The notes: generated from the letters alone by a model not told the origin. A DNA stretch of 64,000 nucleotides from an uncultured Dehalococcoidia bacterium (GCA_958296225.1 OY282456.1:3600768-3664767), one strand, 5' to 3'. Shown: positions 18,374 to 27,768, counted from the first letter of the stretch. Translations and numbers: made by a program.

Positions 18374-19603
18374 CTAAAACAGCGGTCGTTGCGTCTCCGG
18401 CGCGGCGGCTGGCGCAACCTGCCGGATGGCGTCGAGCCAGTCTTCCAGTTCGTAAAAGGTGCGGTGGTTGAAATTCCGCAGGAAGGGGTGGCCCAGGCCG
18501 TCGTCGGACGGGTCGGCGTACACCAGCACCGGGCGGGCCGGCTCGGCGGCATGGGAGGCGTACATCAGCTCCGAGTACATCCCGGTGGACAGGCGGCCCC
18601 CCAGGGTGATGCGGTAGGCGGCGACGCACTGGGCCTGCTCCACCATCGTCAAATCCCGGTGCCGAATCTGATTCTCCAGGTCGTCCCAGACTTCCAGCGC
18701 TTCCCGCGGGTCCAGCGTCATGGGATAGGCCGGTGGACGGCCTTCGGTGAGGGCGCCGGCGGTTTCCAGGGGCCAGCGGGCTTCGTCGGCGCAGATGGCG
18801 ATTTCCGGCACGGCGTCGGCGTAGGCGGATTGAGCCTTGTCGAACACCTGGGGCGTTCCCTCGTCCAGTGTGAGCGGGTCGAACACGATGAAGCGCCGGT
18901 GCAGTTCATGGCGGATGTCGTCAATTTTCGCCCGCAGCGCGGTGTCGTAGCGCACGGCGGTGATGGGAAAGCTGGCATATACCAGCGGATACTGGCGGCG
19001 GCGAAAGATGAGCCGGTAGAGCATCTCGGCGGGGTGTTTGACGCTGACGACGTAGTGAGGAACGGCGCGCTCCTGGTAGAGATTGCGCGCCAACAGGTCG
19101 GCCATGGCGATTTCGGCGGTGCGCCAGGCCAGAATCTCCCGCAGCCGCAGCTGAAAGTTGGTATGCCGGTCGGCGTCCCGGCGTTGCAGGGCGCTGCGGA
19201 TGTCCAGCATATCGTCAACCAGGGTGATGATGCAGTCGGGCCGCCAGCGGCGGATGGTGGGAATATCAATCAGCGAAAACTGCCGGCCGCTGGTGTAGTA
19301 GGTCAGGTGCGCCGCAATCAGGCTGTGACGCGGGTCGGTGGCCTCCAGCTGCTCGGCGATTTCCAGGCCGGCCCGCCGCCACGCCGCCAACTGGTAGGTG
19401 GGGCGAAAGGCGGCCAGCACGCCGGCCAGCTCATTCCCCTGCGCCGCCAGCGCGCCCTCAATGCTGGCGGCCAGCAGCTCGCGAGGGTCAACGTCGTCAT
19501 CGGCAGGGGCCGCTACTTCGCCATGGGCGCGCAAACGGCCCAGCAGGTTGGCCACGACGACGTTTTTGTTGACGCCGGAAATACCGGCCAGCAGAGCGCG
19601 CAT
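18374..19603 (-). CDS. hypothetical two-domain protein (degenerate P-loop kinase-like N-domain; nucleoside 2-deoxyribosyltransferase-like C-domain)
   Basis: 409-aa clean ORF. GISGVNKN sits where a Walker A GxxGxGK(S/T) would be. The C-half has VYASFPI...FDPL...E, resembling the NDT/Rossmann-like fold. Family assignment is tentative. Confidence 0.55.
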   Translation of the reverse strand: MRALLAGISGVNKNVVVANLLGRLRAHGEVAAPADDDVDPRELLAASIEGALAAQGNELAGVLAAFRPTYQLAAWRRAGLEIAEQLEATDPRHSLIAAHLTYYTSGRQFSLIDIPTIRRWRPDCIITLVDDMLDIRSALQRRDADRHTNFQLRLREILAWRTAEIAMADLLARNLYQERAVPHYVVSVKHPAEMLYRLIFRRRQYPLVYASFPITAVRYDTALRAKIDDIRHELHRRFIVFDPLTLDEGTPQVFDKAQSAYADAVPEIAICADEARWPLETAGALTEGRPPAYPMTLDPREALEVWDDLENQIRHRDLTMVEQAQCVAAYRITLGGRLSTGMYSELMYASHAAEPARPVLVYADPSDDGLGHPFLRNFNHRTFYELEDWLDAIRQVAPAAAPETQRPLF

Positions 19604-19656
19604 AGGGTAACGATGCCCGGATGCCCGCAGGATGTCAAGTTGGCGGGCGAGTGAGC

Positions 19657-20190
19657 AGTAGCGTTCCGTTGTAGGTGGTTTGGTTTATGAGGCCCCGGTT
19701 TTGGAGTAATACCGGCAGGTTGTGCGGTGTCCATACGGCGCCCATCTTTTCTCGCCGCCGCAGCTCCCGGTGGTGCCGTTCCAAAGGGGAGGTCGTCTTG
19801 TGCCGCGCTTGCCCGGTGGCCAAATGCCGCCGTCCTTCCCCCAGGGCTTTCCGGCACCAGTACGTCCTCTGGCCTCCGGTCAACGCGGCCACCCGCGCCG
19901 CATAGCCCCTGGCCTCCGCCAGGCCGGACGATGCCAGTAGTCGCCGCGCCTCACGCCAGCCCTTCTCCCCAATGTTCCGCCGGTACTCCCGCAGCAGATG
20001 AAAATGGCAGAGCTGGTGGGGCGCTTGCCGGCCATAAACCATCGGGATGGCCGCGGCGATGGCCGCATCCCCGTCGCTCACCAGGTGCGTTGGCTGGATT
20101 GGCTCCCTGCCGACAAGCCCGGTCAATCTGACTTCGGAGCCGGTATTTGCAGCCATCCTACAACTAAACCACCTGAAACGGAACGCTGCC
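19657..20190 (-). mobile_element. TIR-bounded internally deleted IS carrying the C-terminal third of an IS256/MULE-like DDE transposase
   Basis: Ends AGTAGCGTTCCGTTGTAGGTGGTTTGGTT and reverse complement GGCAGCGTTCCGTTTCAGGTGGTTTAGTT. The internal ORF (19635..20156) has SDGDAAIAAAI...QLCHFHLLREYRRNI...TTSPLERHHRELRRREK, the IS256-type pattern. The N-terminal roughly two thirds of a normal transposase are missing. Confidence 0.65.
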
Positions 20191-20293
20191 TAACCTTTGC
20201 CGCCGGTTGCCCCATCCCCCGGCATAGGGCATAATTGCGCCCGTCAATCGCAGCATCACCCCGCCGGCCGGTGCGTCGGCGCCGAGGCATATC

Positions 20294-21526
20294 ATGGACT
20301 TTGAACCCCGTTACACCGCCGAGCAGGAAGCTTTCCGCGCCGAGGTGCAATCCTGGCTGGCCGACAACATTCCCGCCGGAATTGAGAATCCCGCCGATTC
20401 TATCGACTTGACCTATGAGCAGTACCAGATGCGCCGGGAGTTGGGGCGGCGGCTGGGGGACAAGGGCTGGCTGTGGCCCACCGCTCCGCAAGAGTATGGC
20501 GGCGGCGGGCTTACCGTTGACCACTCGGTGGTGCTGGAAGAGGAGATTGACGGTTACAACCTTTCGCTGCCGCCTTACTATGACTCCGGCGGACGGCTGG
20601 GCGGCAACTCCATTCTGGTCTGGGGCTCCGAGGAACAGAAGCAGGAGTTCTTGCCCAAGATTTTCAAGGGCGAAATCCGCACCTGGCAGCTGCTCACTGA
20701 ACCGGAAGCCGGTTCCGACCTGGCCAACGCCAAGACCGCCGCCCGGCGCGACGGCGATGATTACGTCATCAACGGGCAGAAAGTCTATGTCGGCAGCGCC
20801 CACGGCTCCGACTATATGTGGACGATTACCTGCACCGACCCCGAGGGCGACCGCCACCAGAACCTGAGCTGGTTTATGGTGCCGTCCAACCTGCCCGGCA
20901 TCAGCGTGTTCCCCATGGACTTGTTATCATCGGCTGGCGAGTCCGGGGCCGGTTCGGGCGTCAAGAACATCGTTTATTTCGACAACGTGCGCGTGCCGGC
21001 GCGCAACCTCATCGGCGGCGAGAACGAAGGCTGGAAGGTTGCCACCACTCACCTGGAGCTGGAGCACGGCACCGGCGGCAAGATTGGCCGCAACTGGATT
21101 GTTGACCGCATCTTTGACTACTGCAAGTCCAACAACCGGCGGGGTCAACCGTTGAGCAAAGACCCGGACGTTCGGGAGCGACTCATCGACATTTACATTG
21201 ACGCCGAGATTGGGCGTTTGTTCCAGCTGCGCAACTACTGGATGCGCCACAGCAACGCCCTGATTACCTACGAAGGCCCCCAGGCGTCGTACTTCCGCAA
21301 GATGTCCGGGCTGCGGATTGCCACCGGCATTCTGGACGTCCTGGGGCCGGCGGCTTTGACGAAGGATGCGCAGTGGGGCGCCGGTGAAGGCCACATCGAG
21401 GCGAACCAACGGGCCGCGATTATCGCTTTGCATCCCGGCGGCACTACCGACATCCAGAAGGTCATCATGGCCCGACGCATCGGCATCGGTCGGCAGCAGC
21501 GGGAGCGGGCCGGCGCGCTGGCGTGA
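20294..21526 (+). CDS. acyl-CoA dehydrogenase family protein
   Basis: LTEPEAGSDLANAKTAARRDGDDYVINGQKVYVG. Length and domain order are typical. Confidence 0.85.
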   Translation: MDFEPRYTAEQEAFRAEVQSWLADNIPAGIENPADSIDLTYEQYQMRRELGRRLGDKGWLWPTAPQEYGGGGLTVDHSVVLEEEIDGYNLSLPPYYDSGGRLGGNSILVWGSEEQKQEFLPKIFKGEIRTWQLLTEPEAGSDLANAKTAARRDGDDYVINGQKVYVGSAHGSDYMWTITCTDPEGDRHQNLSWFMVPSNLPGISVFPMDLLSSAGESGAGSGVKNIVYFDNVRVPARNLIGGENEGWKVATTHLELEHGTGGKIGRNWIVDRIFDYCKSNNRRGQPLSKDPDVRERLIDIYIDAEIGRLFQLRNYWMRHSNALITYEGPQASYFRKMSGLRIATGILDVLGPAALTKDAQWGAGEGHIEANQRAAIIALHPGGTTDIQKVIMARRIGIGRQQRERAGALA

Positions 21527-21589
21527 ATTTTTTACCGGGACGGACAGGACAGGATAGACAGGATTTAACCGCGCAGGAGCGACTGACCA

Positions 21590-22711
21590 ATGGACTTGGC
21601 CCTTACCGAAGAACAGGAAATGCTCAAAGCGGCGGTGCGCCGGTTTGTGGACACCGAGTATCCCAAGGAGGTGCTGCTGGATTTGGCCGCCACCGGGCAA
21701 ACGGCGCCGTCCGAACCGTGGCAGAAGCTGGCGGCGACGGGCTGGCTGGGTATCATCATCCCTGCCGAGTACGGCGGCGAGGGCGGTTCCTATACCGACG
21801 CCGGCGTGTTGTTCGAGGAGTTGGGCCGGGGCCCGGTGCCGGGGCCGCATCTCAGCAGCGCGGCTCTGGGAGCGCTGACGATTCTGGAGGCCGGGACTGA
21901 GGAGCAAAAGCGCGCGCTGCTGCCGGATTTGGCGGCGGGACGGCGTACTGTGGCGCTGGCGATTACAGAGGCCGATTACCAGTGGGACGAGGATGACGTG
22001 CAGGCCGTTGCCGCCGCCGACGGCGCGGGTTATCGCATATCCGGCAGCAAGGTGTACGTGTACGATGCGGCGGCTACCACTGACCTCATCTGCGCGGTGC
22101 GTACTGAGAACCGGCAGCACGTGGGCCTGGCGATGGTGCCGGCGGATGCTCCGGGCGTTTCCATCCGGCGGTTGGAGGGGTTTGCCTGGAACCTGGCCGA
22201 AGTGCGGCTGGACGGCGTGCAGATTGAGCAGTCGGCGGTGCTGGGCGGGTCCTTCGCGAGCGGTTGGGCGGCTTTGCAGCGGGCGGTGGCGAGCGCCATC
22301 CCGCTGCTGTGCGCCTATCAGGTGGGCGGTTCGCAGCGGGTCTATGAGATGTCGGTGGATTACAGTCGCACGCGCATCCAGTTCGGTACCCCTATCGGGC
22401 GGTTCCAGCGGGTGCAGGACCACATCATCAATCTGGTCAACGAGCTGGACGCAGCCCGCTGGACGACCTACGAAGCCCTTTGGAAACTGGACAGCGCGCG
22501 GGCCGCCGCCGACAGCATCCACCTGGCCAAAGCGGTGAGCAGCGTCGCCTATTACAACGCCTGCAACCACGCCCACGAGGTACACGCCGGAGTTGGCAGC
22601 ACTACCGAGTACGGCCTCACCCTGCACACCACGGCATCGCGCACGCTGTATCAGTTCCTGGGCGACCCCAAGTTCCACCGGCGGAGGCTGGCGGACGCGC
22701 TGGATTTGTAA
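21590..22711 (+). CDS. acyl-CoA dehydrogenase family protein (second, divergent paralogue)
   Basis: MDLALTEEQEMLKAAVRRF..., YRISGSKVYVYD, RIQFGTPIGRFQRVQDHI. The tandem arrangement suggests a heteromeric ACAD pair. Confidence 0.8.
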   Translation: MDLALTEEQEMLKAAVRRFVDTEYPKEVLLDLAATGQTAPSEPWQKLAATGWLGIIIPAEYGGEGGSYTDAGVLFEELGRGPVPGPHLSSAALGALTILEAGTEEQKRALLPDLAAGRRTVALAITEADYQWDEDDVQAVAAADGAGYRISGSKVYVYDAAATTDLICAVRTENRQHVGLAMVPADAPGVSIRRLEGFAWNLAEVRLDGVQIEQSAVLGGSFASGWAALQRAVASAIPLLCAYQVGGSQRVYEMSVDYSRTRIQFGTPIGRFQRVQDHIINLVNELDAARWTTYEALWKLDSARAAADSIHLAKAVSSVAYYNACNHAHEVHAGVGSTTEYGLTLHTTASRTLYQFLGDPKFHRRRLADALDL

Positions 22712-22802
22712 GCTTCCCCCATAGGTTAAGGGGGCCGATGCAGAAGGGATGCTGCCTGTGCGATAGTGATGGTATCCATCTAACCACTATCGGAGCTTCC
22801 TT

Positions 22803-23365
22803 GTGAGCAATATACCGGAGGTTGCCCAGGCCCGGCATCGCCTTCTCACCGATGTCTCCGGACAAGCCGCGTCCGCGACGGGACTGGTACAACGGCGTTC
22901 CAGACTCACCGGCCCCGGCTTTGCCCAGACCCTGGTTTTGGGGTGGCTGGCAAACCCTGAGGCTAGCCTCGCGGCCCGCATCCGGACGGCGGCCGTGTTG
23001 GGGGCGCCAGTCAGTCCGCAAGCCCGGTTCCGGCGGTTCACCCCCAGGCGGCGGAATGTTAATACCAAGTCCTGCCGGAGGCGGTGTCCGCGGTGATTGC
23101 CACTGCCCCGGTGGCGATTCCCATATTGCGGCGGTTCAGCGTGGCGCTAAACCGGAGCCCCGGACGCCCCGCAGCAAACAATCGCCGCTTTATCAACGCC
23201 GTGTTCCGGGTACTGCGCGCCGGCGCTCCCGGGCGCGATTTGCCCCCGGACTACGGCGATTGGAGAAACACTCACCGCCGCTTTATTCGCTGGCGCAATA
23301 AAAACGTGCGGCGTCACGTCATACCTGGCGATTTGCCAGATACGGGCTCTGGCGCTGTGGGCTAA
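22803..23365 (+). pseudogene. juxtaposed fragments of two different transposases (IS4-family N-terminus; IS5/DUF4096-type fragment)
   Basis: ATGLVQRRSRLTGPGFAQTLVLGWLANPEASL...VSPQA and SAVIATAPVAIPILRRF (IS4-like N-terminus, frame-shifted). Then NNRRFINAVFRVLRAGAPGRDLPPDYGDWRNTHRRFIRWRNKNV (DUF4096-type). Neither has a DDE domain. Confidence 0.55.
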
Positions 23366-24049
23366 AATAATTTGACTACTCGCCTTGGGAAGTACACCAG
23401 CTTAGGCACTTCCAGCAGAGTTATAAAGGGATACATCAAGCCGCCGGAGTAGTTGCGCAACAACATAACCGGCGCCGCCCGGCCCGGCGTCATTTCCGGC
23501 GACTCGGTCAAGTGCGCCATAGTGCGGGCATCCGGTGGGCCAGACGGCTCGAAAACCACCACCCGCACTCCACGGACAATCCGCCAGGCGCCGTTTCAAT
23601 CCGTGAGCGCACCGAGGCCCACTCCAAGCGGCCCAAACCGCTGCTCAGCGGCGGCAGCGCAACGGAACGCTGGTATCAGGGTAGCAAGGCGCCGGCCGCC
23701 GGCGACGGCGTTCTTTTATGTTCGCCATCCGATTGTCGTGCCGCCCACCTGACGATTTGCGATTGCGGCATCGCAATGCAGGCCATCGTAGTTGACAATT
23801 GACGCCAGCCGGTCGCCATGAACGATGTGGTAAATCCTGGGATGTTCCGGGGCTGGCATAGTTGGCATAGTTCGGACGTCCCTCCAGCGTAATCGGCAAA
23901 CGCCATTCCTACATTTGTGCTACTATTGTGGCCGGTTGCCGGAATTACCGCAAATGGACGTCGGGCCACGCCAGGCTTCCGGTTAGCCCGTATCCCGGTC
24001 GTCCCTGTGCTAAACTACGCCCATCAACTTCCCACGGAGCCACGCCACT

Positions 24050-25177
24050 ATGACCAGCACCACCAAAGACCCCATCCTCGTCGTCATCCAGCTTACCGGC
24101 GGCAACGACTACCTGAATACCGTCATCCCCTATGCCGACGGGCGTTATCACGACAGCCGGCCTACCGTGGGCGTCCCTGCCTCCGATGTGCTGGCCATTG
24201 ACGACCGCTTCGGTTTCAACCCGGCGCTGGCGGAAATCAAGACCCTCTACGACGCCGGCAGGGTGGCCGTCATCAACGGCATTGGCTATCCCACGCCCAA
24301 CCGTTCCCACTTCCGCAGCATGGACATCTGGCACACCTGCGAGCCGGAAAAGGTGGGCACCGAAGGCTGGCTGGGCCGCGTCATCCGCGACCTTGACCCT
24401 CACGCCGAAAACGTGCTCACCGGCGTCAACTTCGGGCGCGGCCTCCCCCGGGCCATGGCCTTGACCGGCGTGCCCGTGGCCTCCGTGGCCGTGCTGGAGA
24501 CCTACGGCGTGCTGACCGGCATCACCGGCGAGCCGGAACGTTCCCAGGCGTTGGATATTTTCGCCCGTATGTACTCCCCCACCGTCGGCCTGGGCGCCAC
24601 CATGGACTACCTGGGGCAGACCGGCCTCGACGCCCTGAAAGGCGCCGACATCCTCAAAGCCGCCCCCGATAGATACGCTTCCAGCGTGGAATACGCCGAT
24701 ACCGGCATCGCCCGCAACTTGCAGGGCATCGCCAAGGTGCTCACCGCCAACCTGGGCACCCGCGTTTTCTACACCCAGCAGGGCGGCTACGACACCCACG
24801 CCAGCGAGGAGACCGTGCACCCCAAACTGCTGGCCGACCTGAGCCGCGCCGTCAGCGATTTCTACGCCGACCTGCGCGAGCATAACGCCGCTGATAACGT
24901 GGTAATGTTCGCCTTTACCGAATTCGGCCGGCGCGTCAAGGACAACGGCAGCGGTACCGACCACGGCAGCGGCGGCGTAGCCTTCGCCATCGGCGACCCG
25001 GTGTCCGGCGGCATATACGGCGAATACCCGTCCCTGGCCGAGGCCGATTTGGTAGAGGGTGACCTGGCATTCAACACCGACTTCCGCGGCGTCTATGGAA
25101 CGCTGGTTGAGCAGTGGCTGGGTCTGGACGCCAACCCCGTCGTGGGCGGCAGTTTCGAGCAGCCGCAGTTTGTGTAG
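24050..25177 (+). CDS. DUF1501 domain-containing protein (sulfatase/alkaline-phosphatase superfamily)
   Basis: ILVVIQLTGGNDYLNTVIPY, PNRSHFRSMDIWH, GGYDTHA and TEFGRRVKDNGSGTDHGSGG. No twin-arginine leader is visible. Confidence 0.85.
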   Translation: MTSTTKDPILVVIQLTGGNDYLNTVIPYADGRYHDSRPTVGVPASDVLAIDDRFGFNPALAEIKTLYDAGRVAVINGIGYPTPNRSHFRSMDIWHTCEPEKVGTEGWLGRVIRDLDPHAENVLTGVNFGRGLPRAMALTGVPVASVAVLETYGVLTGITGEPERSQALDIFARMYSPTVGLGATMDYLGQTGLDALKGADILKAAPDRYASSVEYADTGIARNLQGIAKVLTANLGTRVFYTQQGGYDTHASEETVHPKLLADLSRAVSDFYADLREHNAADNVVMFAFTEFGRRVKDNGSGTDHGSGGVAFAIGDPVSGGIYGEYPSLAEADLVEGDLAFNTDFRGVYGTLVEQWLGLDANPVVGGSFEQPQFV

Positions 25178-25192
25178 GGAGAGGTGACGCCA

Positions 25193-25594
25193 ATGACGCA
25201 GAGTATGATATTGCCCGGCTCTAACATCGGAGGAAAAGGAGTGGGGACATTCAACATCGAATTCAACATTGGCAGCGCGGACGGCGGCCATTCGCTCCCC
25301 TTGGCGGGAATGGTGGATACTGGCTCGCTTTACTCCATCATCCCGGCGTCAATTTTGGACGAGCTGGGCATTGCGCGGGATGAGGATGAATTGTTCAGCC
25401 TTGCCAACGGGTCGGTTGTGGAAATGTCCATCGGGCTGGCGCTCGTCACAATAAATGGCCGGGCTAGAACCGTTCACGTTGCTTTTGGCTACGACGACGA
25501 AGTTATTCTGATTGGCGCGATGACTCTGGAGCGATTTGGGGTTGCTGCCGACCCGGTTCACCAGCGACTGGTTCCAGCCCGAGTGACGATGTAA
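25193..25594 (+). CDS. retropepsin-like (clan AA) aspartic protease, copy 1
   Basis: MVDTGSLYSIIPASILDELGI (DTG active-site motif) and ILIGAMTLERFG. GGGAGAGG upstream. Start could also be GTG 25184. Confidence 0.75.
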   Translation: MTQSMILPGSNIGGKGVGTFNIEFNIGSADGGHSLPLAGMVDTGSLYSIIPASILDELGIARDEDELFSLANGSVVEMSIGLALVTINGRARTVHVAFGYDDEVILIGAMTLERFGVAADPVHQRLVPARVTM

Positions 25595-25608
25595 CCGGAG
25601 AAAAGTTT

Positions 25609-26046
25609 ATGATGACGCAGCCGCGACTTACCGAGCAGCAGCAACCTTTTGTGTACCCGTTGATACTGCCGGGAACCACCATCGGGGGCCAAGTAGAGAT
25701 TCTTAACGTGCCGCTCATCGTCTATAGCCCGGATATGTCCCAGTCGCGTTCTCTCGTCGGCATGGTGGATACCGGGGCCTTGCACACCGTCATTCCGGCG
25801 TCCATCCTGGAGGCTCTGGGCATTCCGGTCTATACGCGCCGGGAGTACCAACTGGCCGACGGCTCTGCCGTCGCGATGCCGCTGGGTTCGGCCCCAATCG
25901 AGCTGGAAGGCGAAATCATCGCCGTGCCGGCGCTGTTTGGCGCAGACCCGCGCAACATTCTGATTGGCGCAACTACGCTGGCTACTTTCGGATGGGCGTC
26001 AGACCCGAAGCATCGGCGTTTCATTCCCGCCGACCTTACGCTGTGA
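25609..26046 (+). CDS. retropepsin-like (clan AA) aspartic protease, copy 2
   Basis: MVDTGALHTVIPASILEALGI and ILIGATTLATFG. Paralogue of the preceding gene, 14 nt downstream. Confidence 0.75.
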   Translation: MMTQPRLTEQQQPFVYPLILPGTTIGGQVEILNVPLIVYSPDMSQSRSLVGMVDTGALHTVIPASILEALGIPVYTRREYQLADGSAVAMPLGSAPIELEGEIIAVPALFGADPRNILIGATTLATFGWASDPKHRRFIPADLTL

Positions 26047-26055
26047 GGCTACGCT

Positions 26056-26487
26056 ATGACTACCCTGCTACACATCACCGAGGCCGCCATCCGGGCAAAA
26101 TCGACGGAAAAGTCGTATGAGCGCGGCGAGGAGTACTATTGCCAGGGCACAGTGGAGTCAGCGACGCTGCGCGGCAACCGGCTGTTCGCTGAGGTGCAGG
26201 GCAGCGAGTGGGAGCCTTATCAGGTCGGCGTTGCTATCGCCGATGGTGACTTCACCGCATCCTGCACCTGCCCCTACGATTGGGAAGGTTACTGCAAGCA
26301 CATCGTCGCGGCAATGCTGACCTACATCGACCCCGACGATGACCATTCCATCCCCATCGCCACGGCAACTCCCATTGACGACCTGCTGGCCGGGCTGGAC
26401 GCCGCTGCGCTGCGGGTGCTGGTACACCGGCTGATTGACGCCGAACCCAGGCTGGTTGACATCGTGGACGGTTTCTGCAATAGATGA
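26056..26487 (+). CDS. SWIM zinc-finger protein (short, 143 aa)
   Basis: CTCPYDWEGYCKHIVA is the CxCxnCxH SWIM signature. Starts 9 nt after protease 2. Confidence 0.75.
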   Translation: MTTLLHITEAAIRAKSTEKSYERGEEYYCQGTVESATLRGNRLFAEVQGSEWEPYQVGVAIADGDFTASCTCPYDWEGYCKHIVAAMLTYIDPDDDHSIPIATATPIDDLLAGLDAAALRVLVHRLIDAEPRLVDIVDGFCNR

Positions 26488-26571
26488 CAAGTATGACGAA
26501 CCGGGGCAGCGTCAGACGGCGCCCGGACTGCTGACGCAATAGCACGCCAGTCTAGCCGTGTAAAATACAGT

Positions 26572-27768
26572 ATGACTACTCACTCCAACGGTAGCCACTC
26601 CACCCCCACATCTCCCGGTTCCGCCGTCTATGTGGACACCGAAAACCTGCGGGACAACACCCATGCCCAGCAGGTTATCGCCCAGACGGTTGCGGCTTGG
26701 CCGCCTGACCATCCTCCCGTCGGCGCACTCTCCCTCTACGTCCGCGCCGACAAGGAGGAACTGTGGCGGCTGTGGGCTGAGGAGTCGTACCCGGACTTGC
26801 GTATCCGCGTCCGCGGCGTCCAGCATTTCAGCAAAACAGCCGCCAAGAACTCCGCCGACCTGGCCATTACCGCCGACGCCATCGCCGACCTGGCCACCGG
26901 GCAAACCGCCGCCGTCGCCGTCATCAGCAACGATAGTGACTTTGGCGCATTGTTCGTCAAAGTCCGCGAGCTGGCCCGTTCCGCTCACTTGGAGCGCATC
27001 CCCTTCCTCTGGATTATCGCTGAGGGCGGCGGCGCATTGTCGCCGGAAATCGCACAGTTCATCCCGGAGCGGTTCCGGTGGAATTTGTCCGCGCCGCTCC
27101 CGGCGCCGGGGCCAGCGCCTACGGTCGGCAAGGCGACGCCGAAATCGCTGCCAGCGGCGACCAAGCCCGCCCTGCCGGCCGCTCCGGTCGCTAACGACGG
27201 CGCCGACGATGGCAACGAGGCCATCGCTCAGGAATTGATACGCCGGCTGCCCGTCGGAAATTTCAAGGTTGCCGAGGCCCAGAAGGTTATCCAGAAACGT
27301 TGGCCCAAGCTTTCAGTCGCCGGCGATACCGCCAAGCTTGGCCAGTTCCTGCTCAATGAAGTCTGGCCGCTGCTGCAAAAGCGCGGCGTAACGATGCCCC
27401 GCAAGAGCTCGCCGCGCACTTACGAAATCACGCAAGCCGCCAAAAACTCCATTGCGGCGCCAGCAGAGCCGGCTCGCCAGGATAAAACCGCGAACGGAGC
27501 CGCCGAACCCACCCCGGCACAGCTGGCTGCCGCTGTTGCTGGCGGCATAACCAGCGACATCTTTAGCGCATCCGACGCCCAGGCGGCCATCAAAGCACGC
27601 TGGCCAGAGCATCCGGCGGCGGCGGCGATACCGCAACGGTTCGGCGTCTGGTTCAAGAACCACCTCTGGCCGCTGATGGAGCAGCACGGCGTGGCCATCG
27701 CCAAAGAAAAACCCCGCCGCTACGAAATGACTCCCGACGCAAGGCACCGTCTCACCGCCCCCGGCTAG
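26572..27768 (+). CDS. NYN-domain (LabA-like PIN-fold nuclease) protein with two tandem ~80-aa C-terminal repeat domains
   Basis: VYVDTENL..., KNSADLAITADAI and AVISNDSDFGALF (NYN acidic residues). An Ala/Pro linker is followed by two repeats sharing RWP...WPL(L/M).(K/Q).GV...P(R)xYE(I/M)T. Confidence 0.75.
   Translation: MTTHSNGSHSTPTSPGSAVYVDTENLRDNTHAQQVIAQTVAAWPPDHPPVGALSLYVRADKEELWRLWAEESYPDLRIRVRGVQHFSKTAAKNSADLAITADAIADLATGQTAAVAVISNDSDFGALFVKVRELARSAHLERIPFLWIIAEGGGALSPEIAQFIPERFRWNLSAPLPAPGPAPTVGKATPKSLPAATKPALPAAPVANDGADDGNEAIAQELIRRLPVGNFKVAEAQKVIQKRWPKLSVAGDTAKLGQFLLNEVWPLLQKRGVTMPRKSSPRTYEITQAAKNSIAAPAEPARQDKTANGAAEPTPAQLAAAVAGGITSDIFSASDAQAAIKARWPEHPAAAAIPQRFGVWFKNHLWPLMEQHGVAIAKEKPRRYEMTPDARHRLTAPG

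Noticed and set aside
18359-19654. 431-aa plus-strand ORF
   Set aside because: Antisense shadow of the 409-aa minus-strand gene. That gene has balanced composition and sensible ends, and this ORF does not.
20927-22678. 583-aa minus-strand ORF
   Set aside because: Antisense across both acyl-CoA dehydrogenase genes, which carry clear family motifs.
23945-25291. 448-aa minus-strand ORF
   Set aside because: Antisense to the DUF1501 gene. Low-complexity Gly/Ala/Val/His.
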